A stretch of 64,000 bases of DNA, taken from IMG/VR virus record IMGVR_UViG_3300025030_000064, positions 1 through 64,000 of that record; one strand, given 5' to 3'. Shown in pieces: positions 36,901-47,900 of this stretch. The notes under the pieces are model-generated. The model had not been told where the DNA came from. It saw only the letters and a program-made list of their open reading frames with translations, and searched no databases. The translations under genes were made by a program, and so were the position numbers. Source of the stretch: a virus. The first letter of the stretch is position 1. Each line of letters begins with the position of its first letter.

Positions 36901-37994
36901 TTGACTCGTGGTCAATATTTTTAGTTAATGATTTTATCGAAGTCGATACTCAATATGGACCTATTACAGAAACAAATATATGTTTTGATAGAATATTTGC
37001 AATACAGGAAAAAGGAGTATCTGTAATTACTTTAGTAGAAGAACAATCAACTTTAACGTTATCATTAGGTGCTGGGATTAAATTAAATAAATATGATTAT
37101 ATTTCTACCACGTCAGGAAGTAAACATCAAAAATCTGTTATTGTAGGGAAAAAAGGTTTATATTATTATGATGTTCTTAATAATTCAATATGTCTTATAG
37201 GTAGTCTTAATATAGAATCTGAAATAACTAATATAGATGGATTATCTTCTTTCTTAGCATATAATACTCCACAGTCTATATATGATTATGATAATCCTTT
37301 TCTTACCGGACAAGGAAGTGTATTAGCAGTAAAAGATACTTCTTTTGAAGAAATATTATTTACATTTAGAGATAATGATGATACTACTTTAGATAATCAA
37401 GTACAATGTTTTACACTCGCAGTAAGTGAAAAGACAGGATTGTTTCATCATAGATATGGTTGTTATCCTGATTTATGGATATCTGGCAATGGAGAATATT
37501 TTTCCATGTTTCAAGAATATATTTCAAGTCTTAAAGGAAAAGTGTTTGTTCATAATAAAGGATTGAGAGGAGTGTGGTATGATAAAACAGCTACAAATTC
37601 ATATGTTGTAATCCTTATTAATCCTTTACAAGGTTCAGTAGCTATATTTAATAATCTTACATGGTTTACAGAGGTAACTCAAAAGATAGCAGGTATAGTA
37701 ACAGATGTTTATGACTTAACTCTTACATCATATAGAGCATGGAATGACTATCAGAATACAGGAACTATTACTCTTAATAATAATAATATAGACTCAGTAG
37801 GAGCAGAACAAAGGATAATGAGACAATGGAAGACTGATATAGAAAGAGATGCTTCAGTAGGTGCTCTTGACGAACCAAGGATGAGAGATACCTATATACT
37901 CTTACAACTCAACTTTACCAATCAACAAAGTGGTATAGATTATAGGATGGTATTACATGATGTAATTACAAGTATCACACCTTCTTCTTTTTAA
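33945..37994 (+). CDS. Tail stabilization / muzzle protein
   Basis: 1349 aa; GGLNQD, LENVKGN, VYFSDNYN, GYRRGEVYRIGIRF, KQYGG, VFGGDTF, RMRDTY. Confidence 0.85.
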   Translation: MKVKNSYLGGLNQDISKQLYPNNKIYDCFDYRVLTDEGLSTGALENVKGNLLTYDIISSALTQLVNYTNVGIIISDATKVIGSCLVREENVLFAVNETPDLDYAGSTGIDYIIKLYTESGVRKSKVIWYSNANTGRLNFALQYPINATVPRYENSSLRKVYFSDNYNTLRYLNIKTLEADIDANINISTIVSTLFDIVPVSNLKAPRFVEIITGGSRTSGMIKYYYQVYTPNGSISNISPSTGLIHLTTSSEQIIVTPWSQEYYGEDPGVDTGKAVKIKITNVNSEFTRIRIISAHQSTYFDSPIIEIIYEGTIANGSIEFIDTGNTVLGNYTLEELVALEKGEFTCKSLTTKNNYLIAGNIKEMILDNDDIRNFDSRVYRYDTSGYSQVYEENGDYYRINNVGDWDFFQSGIVTESSISPWDLPVDADCINFYNNNANDAGGLYRYFYKSDGVTIGASGKNLSLELGIKQLKEAELSGPSQWYVTPDNISHALNGVNYINNSYPNYASPMIRELFMGYRRGEVYRIGIRFYDSKGRKGFTKWVCDFRMPLCGDINSTSTYPTEAGTLRYDYLLTNNWNGDGLPDENEFKVNILHLKLWVDITNVPNDSFVPSQKCGIEIVRAKRTELDKTILCSGYLNSIYETAGYSDFHVFNSLIHIDVPTAQGRLLMGSYPWGGTNTSPYYQFYSPEVSYFNNITLKDDDRIWIQQLYQKGVTSPSVVLTELQCRKSLYSSDLQYASQSERTIMDSVYCPWKKDSHSATGNTFTVSGSYRGNNSNGGNMWAEAGSHIILNLDNPIYAYTDIGSYAYLEDRAIAYVDIRRSLPKQYGGNSYDNRNITPYITTNSLVVLSSSGWIDVFGGDTFLGLYEFMSSMWTDEAHAGEGYTCSMMGVVESSINGNIQSSEYTFKKAANVLIQEKAGTYSWINLNGSAVSYTQVEDIFLYNSAYSRENDTFISYELPIDFNSDERNDVMVKISEKKYNGELFDSWSIFLVNDFIEVDTQYGPITETNICFDRIFAIQEKGVSVITLVEEQSTLTLSLGAGIKLNKYDYISTTSGSKHQKSVIVGKKGLYYYDVLNNSICLIGSLNIESEITNIDGLSSFLAYNTPQSIYDYDNPFLTGQGSVLAVKDTSFEEILFTFRDNDDTTLDNQVQCFTLAVSEKTGLFHHRYGCYPDLWISGNGEYFSMFQEYISSLKGKVFVHNKGLRGVWYDKTATNSYVVILINPLQGSVAIFNNLTWFTEVTQKIAGIVTDVYDLTLTSYRAWNDYQNTGTITLNNNNIDSVGAEQRIMRQWKTDIERDASVGALDEPRMRDTYILLQLNFTNQQSGIDYRMVLHDVITSITPSSF

Positions 37995-38002
37995 TATTTA
38001 TA

Positions 38003-38033
38003 TTTGATTATATAATATATCTTATTATATTTG
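38003..38033 (+). promoter_or_regulatory. Bacteroidota sigma-70 promoter inside the insertion
   Basis: TTTG-N19-TATATTTG. Confidence 0.7.
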
Positions 38034-38067
38034 CATAGAAGAAGTATTAATTAAAAACAAATAATTT

Positions 38068-39075
38068 ATGATAGCGTATATTGTAGATACTAAACAAGGA
38101 TTCAATAAAAATGAATTTCGTAGAATAGGAATATATTTAATTTCAAAACAACAAGATTGTTGTGGAAAGAAAGTAAGTACAATTATTGTCACAAAAGATG
38201 GATTATCGAATCCTCAATATAAGACTATAGTAGAAGAGTTAGTAGTACATAATAGACCAGATAATACTAATGTGATATATCTTTGTCATGAAAAATCTCA
38301 TACAGAGAAACGGAAAAAAGAAGATGAAGATAAAGATTATGAATTAACATCAGAAAATAAATCATCTTATGAAGATAAGTTACGTGAGATGGCTGGACAT
38401 TCAGAATGTGGAGAAGTAGAATTCTATAGAAGAAGAGAAGAGGCAATAAAGATATATGAAGAATACATTAAAGATCTTGCAATAAACTTAAATATATCAG
38501 AAGAAGAGTCAAGAAAAAAAATAGAACAGTTATATGCTGCTGCTGATGGTGTTTCATTAGAAGAATGGTGTAAGAAATTTCCTATTGAAACATCAAATAT
38601 AAGTATGGGTTATCCTTTATGTAAAGAAGATGAATATAAGTTACCTGAAGAATATAATGATATTAATATTATTCCAGATGAACTTTTACCAAAAGAATTA
38701 GATAAATATATTACAAGAGAAGATGTAGAATCATTAGGATTCAGTAGAGATAGAGTAATGAGTAAGGTAATGATAGAGTTGTCAGGTCCATACAATAAAC
38801 ACAATAAAGAAATACGTGATATAAATAAAAATGATATGAGATTAACATATTGGATATGTTTTGAGCCATATGATTATAATAATTTTATGTTAAGTAAAGG
38901 TAAAAAAAAGACAGAACCTAAACTACCATATGTAAGGCTTATGAAGAGGATAAGTGAAAAAGAATTAACTACGAAATATAAAAATACTGGCTTAGTATGG
39001 AAACCTATTTTTGAAGGACATATAAGAACAAAAGAAGATTTAGAACTTATCATGCAGCAAGTAAGAATTGAATAA
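38068..39075 (+). CDS. Hypothetical non-structural protein (moron cargo)
   Basis: 335 aa, highly charged; KYITREDVESLGF...IFEGHIRTKEDLELIM C-terminal domain. Confidence 0.75.
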   Translation: MIAYIVDTKQGFNKNEFRRIGIYLISKQQDCCGKKVSTIIVTKDGLSNPQYKTIVEELVVHNRPDNTNVIYLCHEKSHTEKRKKEDEDKDYELTSENKSSYEDKLREMAGHSECGEVEFYRRREEAIKIYEEYIKDLAINLNISEEESRKKIEQLYAAADGVSLEEWCKKFPIETSNISMGYPLCKEDEYKLPEEYNDINIIPDELLPKELDKYITREDVESLGFSRDRVMSKVMIELSGPYNKHNKEIRDINKNDMRLTYWICFEPYDYNNFMLSKGKKKTEPKLPYVRLMKRISEKELTTKYKNTGLVWKPIFEGHIRTKEDLELIMQQVRIE

Positions 39076-39196
39076 TAGCCTATATCACACCTTCTTCATT
39101 CTGATATAATAAACCATCTTATAAAATAACTTCTTATTTATTAGGAGTAATAACTCATTCCTTGTTATATTTACCTTATAATAAAACATCATTATA

Positions 39197-42100
39197 ATGC
39201 CACGTCTTATAAAGAGTAAAAGGAAATATTTATTAGGTGGTCCTAAGAAGAGAAGTCAGTTAGATTCAAATCAAGATAATAGAACTGTATTAACTTCTGA
39301 TGAAGAATATGTGTATCAAAAATGGTATGCTTCATTACCAAAACAATATCAAACTCCAGGAACAAAAGAGAATTACGAAACTCCATCTTCTTATGATATA
39401 AGAGGTAACTGGAGAGATAATGAGGGAGAATATGAAATGAATCCTGATGGATTTTATCACATGCCATCATTTAGTGGTGCTACAGGAAAGTTTTTAAAGA
39501 CACCAGATAATAGTGAATCATTTATTAATGGATTAAATGGAATGCCTAAATGGTCATATCCGGGTATTGATATAGGTACAGGTCAGTTACAATTAAAAAG
39601 AAAAGATGAAGTTCCTGAAAGTAATCAAAGTAAATTAAAGTCTAAGAATAAATACGGTGGTAACACAGACAACGATATGAAAAGATACTTATTAAAAAGA
39701 AAGAGAAAATATGTAATGGCAGGATTAGAAGATCCTGATGTTGTAAATTCTGTATCGTATGGAGATAAAGAAATAGAAGCTATCTTAGCGAATAAACAAC
39801 GAAATTTAAATCCAAATTATACTAATGCTATTGCTTCTGGTACAGGGTTAATTACAGGTATTGGAACAGATATTTACGAGAATAAAAATCAAAATACTGC
39901 TAATGTAGGTGCTCATGCTATTAAGGGAATGGGCTCAGGGTTTAGTTCAGGTGCAATGGTAGGAACTATGTTAGGTGGTCCTGCTGGAACATTAATAGGT
40001 GGTGGAATAGGAGCTGGATTAGGATTAGTAGAAGGACTGTATAGTGGATTTTCTGAAAAAAAACAAATGAAACAAGATGATATTGAAAATAAACAAGAAG
40101 AATATAATAAGTCATCTCAAGATTTAATTGAAAAGAATCAACACTTTGGTTTAAACCAAGGATTTTTATATGGAGGTTTTGCTATGGGTGGTGGAAATAA
40201 TGAAAATATGGTAAACTTTAATGGTGGTGATGGAACGCAAGATAGTGTAGAGTTAGGAAATAAGTTTGTAGATAACGGAGAGACAGAGACAAAGAAGATG
40301 AACGAAAAGATTATTCATTCTAATGCTTTTGTTATCACTCCTGAGATGGCACAACAATATAATATCCCTTCTAAATATATTGGTAAGACACCTGCTGATG
40401 TATCAAAACTGATGATGGATACAAATTTAAGAATGGTATTTGGTGGAACAAAAGAAACTTTAGATATGACAAAGAGATTTTTAAAGAAAAGTGATATGTT
40501 TGCTAAAGGAGCAGACAGGGCAGATAAAAGAAATGGAGTAGGTCTATATGCTTTAGAACAACTATCTACTGACATGGGTGAGATGATGAGAGCACAGGAA
40601 GAAGGTATACAACAACCTATGGCTAAGTTTGGTGGTAAGATGAAGTATGCAGGTGGTGGTGGAGAACCTATACCAATACCAGAAGATTATGCAAATAAGG
40701 CAGAATATATACAGGCTATGTATGAATATACACAGAAGTATGGTACTAAAGGAATGGTTCCTCAGTCAGAAGCAATGCAATCTAATGAGATGATGGCAGA
40801 TATTAATGACCTAAAAGCAAATCCTAATAATATAAGACCAGAAGTAGATAATAGAGTCAAGGCAAATATCAATGATTTAAAATCAAGACCAAAATCAAGA
40901 TTCCTAAAGATAGATATTAATAATTTAAAAGCAAAACAAAGACAGACTAAAGGACCATCTGAACAATCTTTCCATAAAGAAGGATATGACGAATATGGCA
41001 AGAAGAGGTATATGGGTAATGCTGCTCAGTTCTTAGAAGGAGTATATAATCCAGAAGGTATTGTTCCAGAAAGAAAAAATATGAAAATGATGGAATCAAA
41101 AACATTAGTTCCTGAAGTGGTACGACCTACAATGGTAGAAAAAGGAATAAAAGAAAAAGAAGGTACTTTTAATGAAGAGTTTAAGAAAGCAAGAGAATCT
41201 GGACAAAAGACTTTTAAATGGCATGGTAAACTTTATGGTACTGAATTAAAAAAATCAGGTAATACGATGTTAGGAAGAAATACTACAGAAGGATTGCCAT
41301 TAGGTAAAGGTAAATTTCATGTAGGTGGTGGAGAACCTCATACTCATTCAGGAAGTGTTGATGGTGCGATAAGTGGTAGTGGTAATGCAGCAGAATGGGG
41401 AGATTTATTTAGTACTATAGGAGACATGGGAAGTGCAGGATATGATTATATTATAAATGATCCAGCAAGAGGACCCGGACAACCTATACAGTCTAAATTC
41501 AATAATGGTCCATCAGTTCGTAGTGTTCGTCCTACATTAACTACTACAGTTCCTAAGACTACAAAGGTAATTACCAATCCAAGGACAGGAAAGAAAGAAG
41601 TAGTACAAAGTAATTCTACATCTGCTGTTGCTACTGATTATAGTGGTACTCCATTTACAAGTTATAATGGAATTCCTTTTGTTGATGGCAGTTCTATAGG
41701 TTCATCTAACACTACAACTCCATTATATAATTGGCAGAATAAAGAACAAGACTTTTCAAATACAGTTACCGGAAGTGATAATGTATCTACAGTTAATCCT
41801 GATGGCACTATAGAAACAAAGGCTGGTACTGAATCTCCTGATAGTATAGATGAAAATGGCAATGGAATAGGAATTGATGGATTACAAGCAGCAGGATATT
41901 TAGGACAGATGGCTACAATGCTACGTAATGCATGGTTAGATAAACAACCTTTAGAGGTGGAATCGCCTGAACAGTTAGAGGCAAGATTAATAAATTTGTC
42001 AGAACAAAGAAGACAAGCAAGTAAACTAGCTGACAAGACACGTAACATAGGTTTACTACGTTCAAGAAGTACAGGTAATACGAAAGGTGCATTCATGTCT

Positions 42101-42577
42101 AATGCCAATGTACAAGATGCAAGTGTTCAAGATACATTAGGTAATCAATTAGGGCAGTCATATTTAACAGAAGAAACTACTAACAAAGGAATACAGTCAG
42201 CAACAGATAGAGCAAATGCAGCAGAGAGAGTACGTGCAAGAGATGTCAATGCTCAACGATTAGCAGCTAGAACAAACATTGGAACAAAAGCATATAAGAA
42301 TCTTGGAGATTTTAGTAGTCAGGTAGCACAAGATGCAATAGCTAATAAGACACAGAATACTATTATTAGAGATATGATTAAGACAGATATGTTGGAAATG
42401 TATCAAGATTCAAAAGGAAGATGGAAGATGAGAGCAACAGGGAAAGAACCAACTAATGCAGCAGAAAAATCTTTTCTTGCTTCTTTAGAGACAGAAGATT
42501 ATTCTGTATCTGAAAAGAAAAAAGTAAAAAAGATGTATGGTGGTAAGCTATTAAGTAAATATAATTTAGGAATATAA
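39197..42577 (+). CDS. Cargo/ejection protein with a Gly-rich membrane segment and repeated K-x(1-3)-GG motifs
   Basis: 1126 aa; GAMVGTMLGGPAGTLIGGGIGAGLGLV; follows the muzzle gene. Confidence 0.75.
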   Translation: MPRLIKSKRKYLLGGPKKRSQLDSNQDNRTVLTSDEEYVYQKWYASLPKQYQTPGTKENYETPSSYDIRGNWRDNEGEYEMNPDGFYHMPSFSGATGKFLKTPDNSESFINGLNGMPKWSYPGIDIGTGQLQLKRKDEVPESNQSKLKSKNKYGGNTDNDMKRYLLKRKRKYVMAGLEDPDVVNSVSYGDKEIEAILANKQRNLNPNYTNAIASGTGLITGIGTDIYENKNQNTANVGAHAIKGMGSGFSSGAMVGTMLGGPAGTLIGGGIGAGLGLVEGLYSGFSEKKQMKQDDIENKQEEYNKSSQDLIEKNQHFGLNQGFLYGGFAMGGGNNENMVNFNGGDGTQDSVELGNKFVDNGETETKKMNEKIIHSNAFVITPEMAQQYNIPSKYIGKTPADVSKLMMDTNLRMVFGGTKETLDMTKRFLKKSDMFAKGADRADKRNGVGLYALEQLSTDMGEMMRAQEEGIQQPMAKFGGKMKYAGGGGEPIPIPEDYANKAEYIQAMYEYTQKYGTKGMVPQSEAMQSNEMMADINDLKANPNNIRPEVDNRVKANINDLKSRPKSRFLKIDINNLKAKQRQTKGPSEQSFHKEGYDEYGKKRYMGNAAQFLEGVYNPEGIVPERKNMKMMESKTLVPEVVRPTMVEKGIKEKEGTFNEEFKKARESGQKTFKWHGKLYGTELKKSGNTMLGRNTTEGLPLGKGKFHVGGGEPHTHSGSVDGAISGSGNAAEWGDLFSTIGDMGSAGYDYIINDPARGPGQPIQSKFNNGPSVRSVRPTLTTTVPKTTKVITNPRTGKKEVVQSNSTSAVATDYSGTPFTSYNGIPFVDGSSIGSSNTTTPLYNWQNKEQDFSNTVTGSDNVSTVNPDGTIETKAGTESPDSIDENGNGIGIDGLQAAGYLGQMATMLRNAWLDKQPLEVESPEQLEARLINLSEQRRQASKLADKTRNIGLLRSRSTGNTKGAFMSNANVQDASVQDTLGNQLGQSYLTEETTNKGIQSATDRANAAERVRARDVNAQRLAARTNIGTKAYKNLGDFSSQVAQDAIANKTQNTIIRDMIKTDMLEMYQDSKGRWKMRATGKEPTNAAEKSFLASLETEDYSVSEKKKVKKMYGGKLLSKYNLGI

Positions 42578-42580
42578 GAT

Positions 42581-44950
42581 ATGCCAAACATAAATCAATA
42601 CATGACTCCTGCGGAGTATACTCCCAAGTCAATGTTCGCTGCGTTACCTTTAGAGTTAATGCAACAGAACTTACAAAGGAAACAAGAAGAGATAGACAGT
42701 ACTCTTGCTGCAGCCTATAAGATAGGTAAAGGTTTTGATGCTGCAGGTGTATCTAGTATGAAAGGTATAGATTATGAGAAAGATGCTAATGGACAATATG
42801 TAGATTATAATCCTGATCCAAATAAAAATGTTCCCGGATATCAACCAATGTATAAAGCAGTATATAAAGATTTTAATGTAGCTCCTGCAAGTTCTCAATA
42901 TACAGATATGATTAACGAAGATATAGATACACAAACATCTGATATAGTAAATAAGATAATGGCAGATAAGTTAAATGCAAGTAAGTATATGGGAGATATA
43001 CAGAATCTATATCAAAAGAAAAAGAAATATAGTTCTTCTATAGATAAAATTAAACTTCAAGAAGAGAGGTATAATAATACTATTAAGCAGATGCAAGAGA
43101 AGGAAGCAGATCCTACTCAATGGCAAAGAGCATATCAAGATATAGGAGATTGGGGAAATATTGCAGAGAAGGTCTCAGGCATGAGTAAAGAAGAAAAGAT
43201 GAATTATCTTTCTAATTTACCAGATCTTAATATAAGTGGTGCTACAAAATATTATGATTATAAAAAAGAGACATTAGATCAAGCAAAAGGATTTCAAGAG
43301 TCTGGACAATCAATAGGCTTATCTGTTAATCCTGTTACTGGCTTTTATAGTTATGGAAGTGTTAAAGGAGTAAAAGATTCAAGAGTACGAAATTTTGTAC
43401 AAAATACGTTATCTACAAAAGATGCAGTAGATCAAATGAAGAAAGGATATACTCAGTCTATGCTAGATTACGGAATGAGTCCTGTAGATTTTAAATACGA
43501 AGATGTTATTGAAAGAGATAAAAGTGGTAAACCAACAAAGACAAAGACATATAATGGTTTTCAAGCATATTATTTAAATGAAGTAGATAAGATTTCTGAT
43601 GCTGCAGTATCAAGAGAAGCAGGAGAATTACCAGATATGCATTATGCTCATTTTAATGCTAAAGCAGAGAAGTTAGCTGGTATGATGATTGATGAAATGG
43701 AGAAGCCACAAGGTATGCCATCATTTGCTGATGAGGCTTCTACTAATTCAAGTACTTTATCAAGTTCGTATAAAGAGAATAGTCCATTAAAAGTAAAGTT
43801 TGATCCTAAGACAGGAGAAATAATTGGATATGATAACGAATATGCACAATCATTAATGGATGGTAAATCATATACTGGTTCAGAGAATCCGGGATTATGG
43901 GGTACTGCTGGTGGAGCAATAGGATTATGGTTAGAGACAAAGACAGATAAATATAAATATGAAAAAGGTAAAGAGCAAATTGCTATGAAAGCATATTTAT
44001 TAGATGTAAAGAAAAAAGCTAAAGACATACAAAGTCAATATTATCAAAAGACAGGAACAAATATTACTCCAAAACAAGCTATGGAAGTTCTTGCACAAAA
44101 GAATGGTATTCAAGAAGCAATAACTAATAGAGGATGGGATTTAGTTGGTGATGCTCCTATGCAATATAAGAAAGATTTTATTCAACATGCTAATGAAAGA
44201 AATATCTTTGAATTTAAAGATGGTATGTGGGTAGAAGTATCAGATCCGGGAAACAAAGAAGATATTATTTCTGAAATGAGAGTTGATATGACAGCAGAAG
44301 GAAGTACAAATAAAGCACCATCAAAATTATATTTTAATAATGGTCTTGGTAATATAGGAAATAATGGAGTTAATGTAATAGCAGAATATCAGATGGGAGA
44401 TAAGAGATATGGTTATACATTATCACAAGAAGAAAATCAAGATGCTCAGATGGGAAAATATTATGGTGAGTTGATGAAACAATCACAAAATAATCCATCT
44501 GCAAGATTAATAAGAGTAAAAGATCCAAATGGTCAAAGAGGAGATTTGTTTATCGTAGCAAAAAATGCACAAGATCAAGAACAACAATTAATGAATGCTT
44601 TTGGAATTAAAGATAAAAAACAACTAGAAAATATAAAAGCATTTACTACAGTTACTACTTTTGATGATTTTGGAAATACTCATATAGATAAAAAATCAGG
44701 CAAGGTAATAGATTACTCTCAGAATTTTAATGAAGAAGATTATATCTATGACAATAAGACAAAAAAATTCATATCTAATAAATCAACCAGACCTTATATG
44801 GATGTTATGTATGATGTGTCAGGAAGATTGCAAGATCCGGGAGTACAGACACCAAATGTGGAACAAGGTTTATTTAAAGGTTCAGATAAGTCATATGGAT
44901 TAGATCCTAAATGGTTAATGAAACAACAGTTATTATTAGGAACTGAATAA
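42581..44950 (+). CDS. Second cargo/ejection protein
   Basis: 789 aa; N-terminal Y.PK.MFAALPLELM...KQEEID; between cargo 1 and the RNAP. Confidence 0.65.
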   Translation: MPNINQYMTPAEYTPKSMFAALPLELMQQNLQRKQEEIDSTLAAAYKIGKGFDAAGVSSMKGIDYEKDANGQYVDYNPDPNKNVPGYQPMYKAVYKDFNVAPASSQYTDMINEDIDTQTSDIVNKIMADKLNASKYMGDIQNLYQKKKKYSSSIDKIKLQEERYNNTIKQMQEKEADPTQWQRAYQDIGDWGNIAEKVSGMSKEEKMNYLSNLPDLNISGATKYYDYKKETLDQAKGFQESGQSIGLSVNPVTGFYSYGSVKGVKDSRVRNFVQNTLSTKDAVDQMKKGYTQSMLDYGMSPVDFKYEDVIERDKSGKPTKTKTYNGFQAYYLNEVDKISDAAVSREAGELPDMHYAHFNAKAEKLAGMMIDEMEKPQGMPSFADEASTNSSTLSSSYKENSPLKVKFDPKTGEIIGYDNEYAQSLMDGKSYTGSENPGLWGTAGGAIGLWLETKTDKYKYEKGKEQIAMKAYLLDVKKKAKDIQSQYYQKTGTNITPKQAMEVLAQKNGIQEAITNRGWDLVGDAPMQYKKDFIQHANERNIFEFKDGMWVEVSDPGNKEDIISEMRVDMTAEGSTNKAPSKLYFNNGLGNIGNNGVNVIAEYQMGDKRYGYTLSQEENQDAQMGKYYGELMKQSQNNPSARLIRVKDPNGQRGDLFIVAKNAQDQEQQLMNAFGIKDKKQLENIKAFTTVTTFDDFGNTHIDKKSGKVIDYSQNFNEEDYIYDNKTKKFISNKSTRPYMDVMYDVSGRLQDPGVQTPNVEQGLFKGSDKSYGLDPKWLMKQQLLLGTE

Positions 44951-44962
44951 TAAAATTTATTT

Positions 44963-47900
44963 ATGAGAAAAGATTTATATCAGTCTATATTAAATGCACA
45001 AAAAAATAATGTAGATACTGAATCTGGAATACCTACTCAAAGCAGAAGAGTTTATGGAAGAAGTTTTGTAGGTGATTTGGTTGGAAAATCTCAATATGAT
45101 AAAGGGTTTATATCACAAGATTGGTATGAAACTACTCCATCTGACATAAACGAATATAGAGGACAAAATCAACCTTGGTATGACCAATTAGGCAATGCAG
45201 GTATGAGAACTCTTAGTGAGTTATCAGTAGGCACAATAAAAGGGATGACAGATATTCCTGATATGCTTAAAATGTTATTCTCTGAAGATGGTATGGCTGA
45301 TGTAGCGACTAAAGAATTTCAGAATGAAATATCAAGAAGTCTAGGCGAAACGGAAGAACAAGTTAACGAAGCTTTTCCTATTTATAGAACTCAGCATAAT
45401 AAAGGTTTCAGTCCATTACATTTCTCATGGTGGATGGAGGGGGTACCTTCTGCAGCATCTACAGCAAGTATGTTTATTCCTATTTTTGGTTCAGGTAAGA
45501 TAGCATCTATGATAGGCAGATATGGAACAAAGATGTTTACCGGAATAAAGATGGCTAAAAATGCAGAAGCTATATTATCTACTTTCGTAGGTACTACTTT
45601 TGGTAATCAGATAGAAACATATCAACAATGGCAACCACAGGCAATAGAACTTAGAGATAAGATGATCCAGAATGGCATGTCAGAAGAAGAAGCAGATGTT
45701 AAAATAAAAGAAGAAGGATGGAAGAATCTTGTTGGTAATTTAGCTAATATCCCATTAGATATGATAGGTGCTTATCATATGTTTAAGCCTATTGGTGGTA
45801 TCTCTCCACTTAAAAAAGACTTTTGGAAAATGTCTGGTTCGGGACCGAGAACTATATATGAGAAACCATCTGTTTTAGGTACGGTAAGAAAGGAAATGAT
45901 TCCTGAAGCTATACAGGAAAGTAATAACTATTATAATCAAGAAAGAGCAAATAGAAATGTAGATATTTCTTTAGGTTTATCTACAAAAGATTATACTTTA
46001 TCAGAGGCTATGACTGATCCTGAATTTTGGACAGCAACAGCATATGGTGGATTAGGTTCTTTAGCTTTCACAGGTGCAAGTAATATAGGAAGACAGGTTT
46101 CTGATAATGCAAGTTATCTTATGGATAGCGAAAAGATGAAGGAGTTATCAAAAGAACAGAAAGCAAAAGGATTAAATATATTTAGTAATGTAGGCAAGGC
46201 TTTTATTACCGGAGAGACTTCTACTGAAACTTCTATTTATCAGAAACAACAAGAGATATTAAAGCCAATAATGGATAATATCATTAAGTTATCTGACATA
46301 AAGAATGTAGCAGATATGACTGGTGATATGGCTGTTTATGATCAATCAAGAGCGGCATTAGAGACTGAACATGTTTTACTACATATGCATAGAGGTACAT
46401 TTGGAAAGTATATGGAGAATGTAGATAAAATGCAAAGTGTACTTAATGAACAAGAAGATTATGTAAAAAAACAATTAGAACAAACTCCTGATGATGTAAA
46501 TCTTCAACAGTATTTAAATAATATTAAAGAAACAAAACAATTAGTAGATAAATCTAAACCTGAATTATTATTAAAGGAACAAGATTTTATATCTGCTATT
46601 AATAATCATAATATTAATGACTCGTCACGTATTGGAGAATTTGTAAGAACAAAGAGTGAGATAAGACAAGTAAAGAAAGATATGAATGATGCATTAGGTC
46701 ATGCTAATGCTATTTATGATTATGATGATACTACTAAATATCTCGTAGGTACTACAGAGAGAATGCGTGAGATACAGAATGAGATAGAAGGATTACAAAA
46801 GAAGGTAGAGGAAAGTACTAAGTCAGTATTGACATTCTTTGATAAGAAGAAGATAAGAAGTTTACAGGATAAGTTATCTAACCTGGGGAAAAAGAAAGAC
46901 GGAACATTTGATGTTAATATAAAAGAAGATGAGTTAAGGGTATTGGCAAAGAAGACTCTTAAGCTATTATCTCTTGAAGATAATGTAAAGGATATTATTA
47001 ATGGTAAAGCAAGTGAGAAGATAGGTATAGAGGACCAGATACTAAAAGAAAAGAAGCATGAAGGATTAAAGAATTATATGTTTGGTAATACTACCAATAA
47101 AGGTATCTATGATAAGGTAGAAGAACAATATAATGAAGAACGTCTTATTAATATGCAACCTCTCAATGATAAGATTATTGAGAATCAATTAGAGAATGGT
47201 ATTACAATAAAGGATATATCTTCACAGGCTGTAGCAAATAATGCTACAGTATCAGAATCAGCAAAGACATCATTAAGAGATAAGATAACTAATGATGTAG
47301 ATGCTGCAGTTAATAGCGTATTACCTCTTCTTCCTAATGAGACATTAGAAGGATTAAAGAGTGCATTAAGAGATAAAGAGACATTAGAGAGTGTAATGCA
47401 AGATGAGTTTAGTAATTCTATTCCTAATGCTTCCAAGATAATAAAAACCTTATCTCCATTTATAGGATATAAACAAACTATAGAAAAAATTAATTCCTTA
47501 GACTCAAAAGAGAAAGAGATAAGAAGTGAAGAAGATATTTTAACAGATATATTAAAGAGTGATATCTCTGCAATAAAATCTATTGTTTCTAATATAGAGA
47601 ATGATAGTAATAATGCAGATGAATCTTTACTGAGAACAGTACACAATAACCTTGTTAACATACATAACTTTCTTATTAATGATAAGAGATATGAAGATGT
47701 TGATAAGACAAAGCTTATTGAGAGCGTAGAGAAGTTAGAGAAAAAGATTGAAGGATTGTTTCAAGAAATGAATAAGAGAAGAGATAATGAAGAAGCAAGA
47801 CAGATAGAAGCATATAACTCATGGATGAGATCCATCTCTTCAGGATTAAAAGAATTAGGGTTAAAAGAAGTTACTAATACTAAAGAACTCTATGAAGCAT

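Larger units (their letters stand above)
37973..39103 (+). mobile_element. Moron-like insertion bounded by a duplication of the muzzle gene 3' end
   Basis: TATCACACCTTCTTC at 37973-37987 and 39083-39097; both copies read ITPSSF-stop. Confidence 0.6.
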
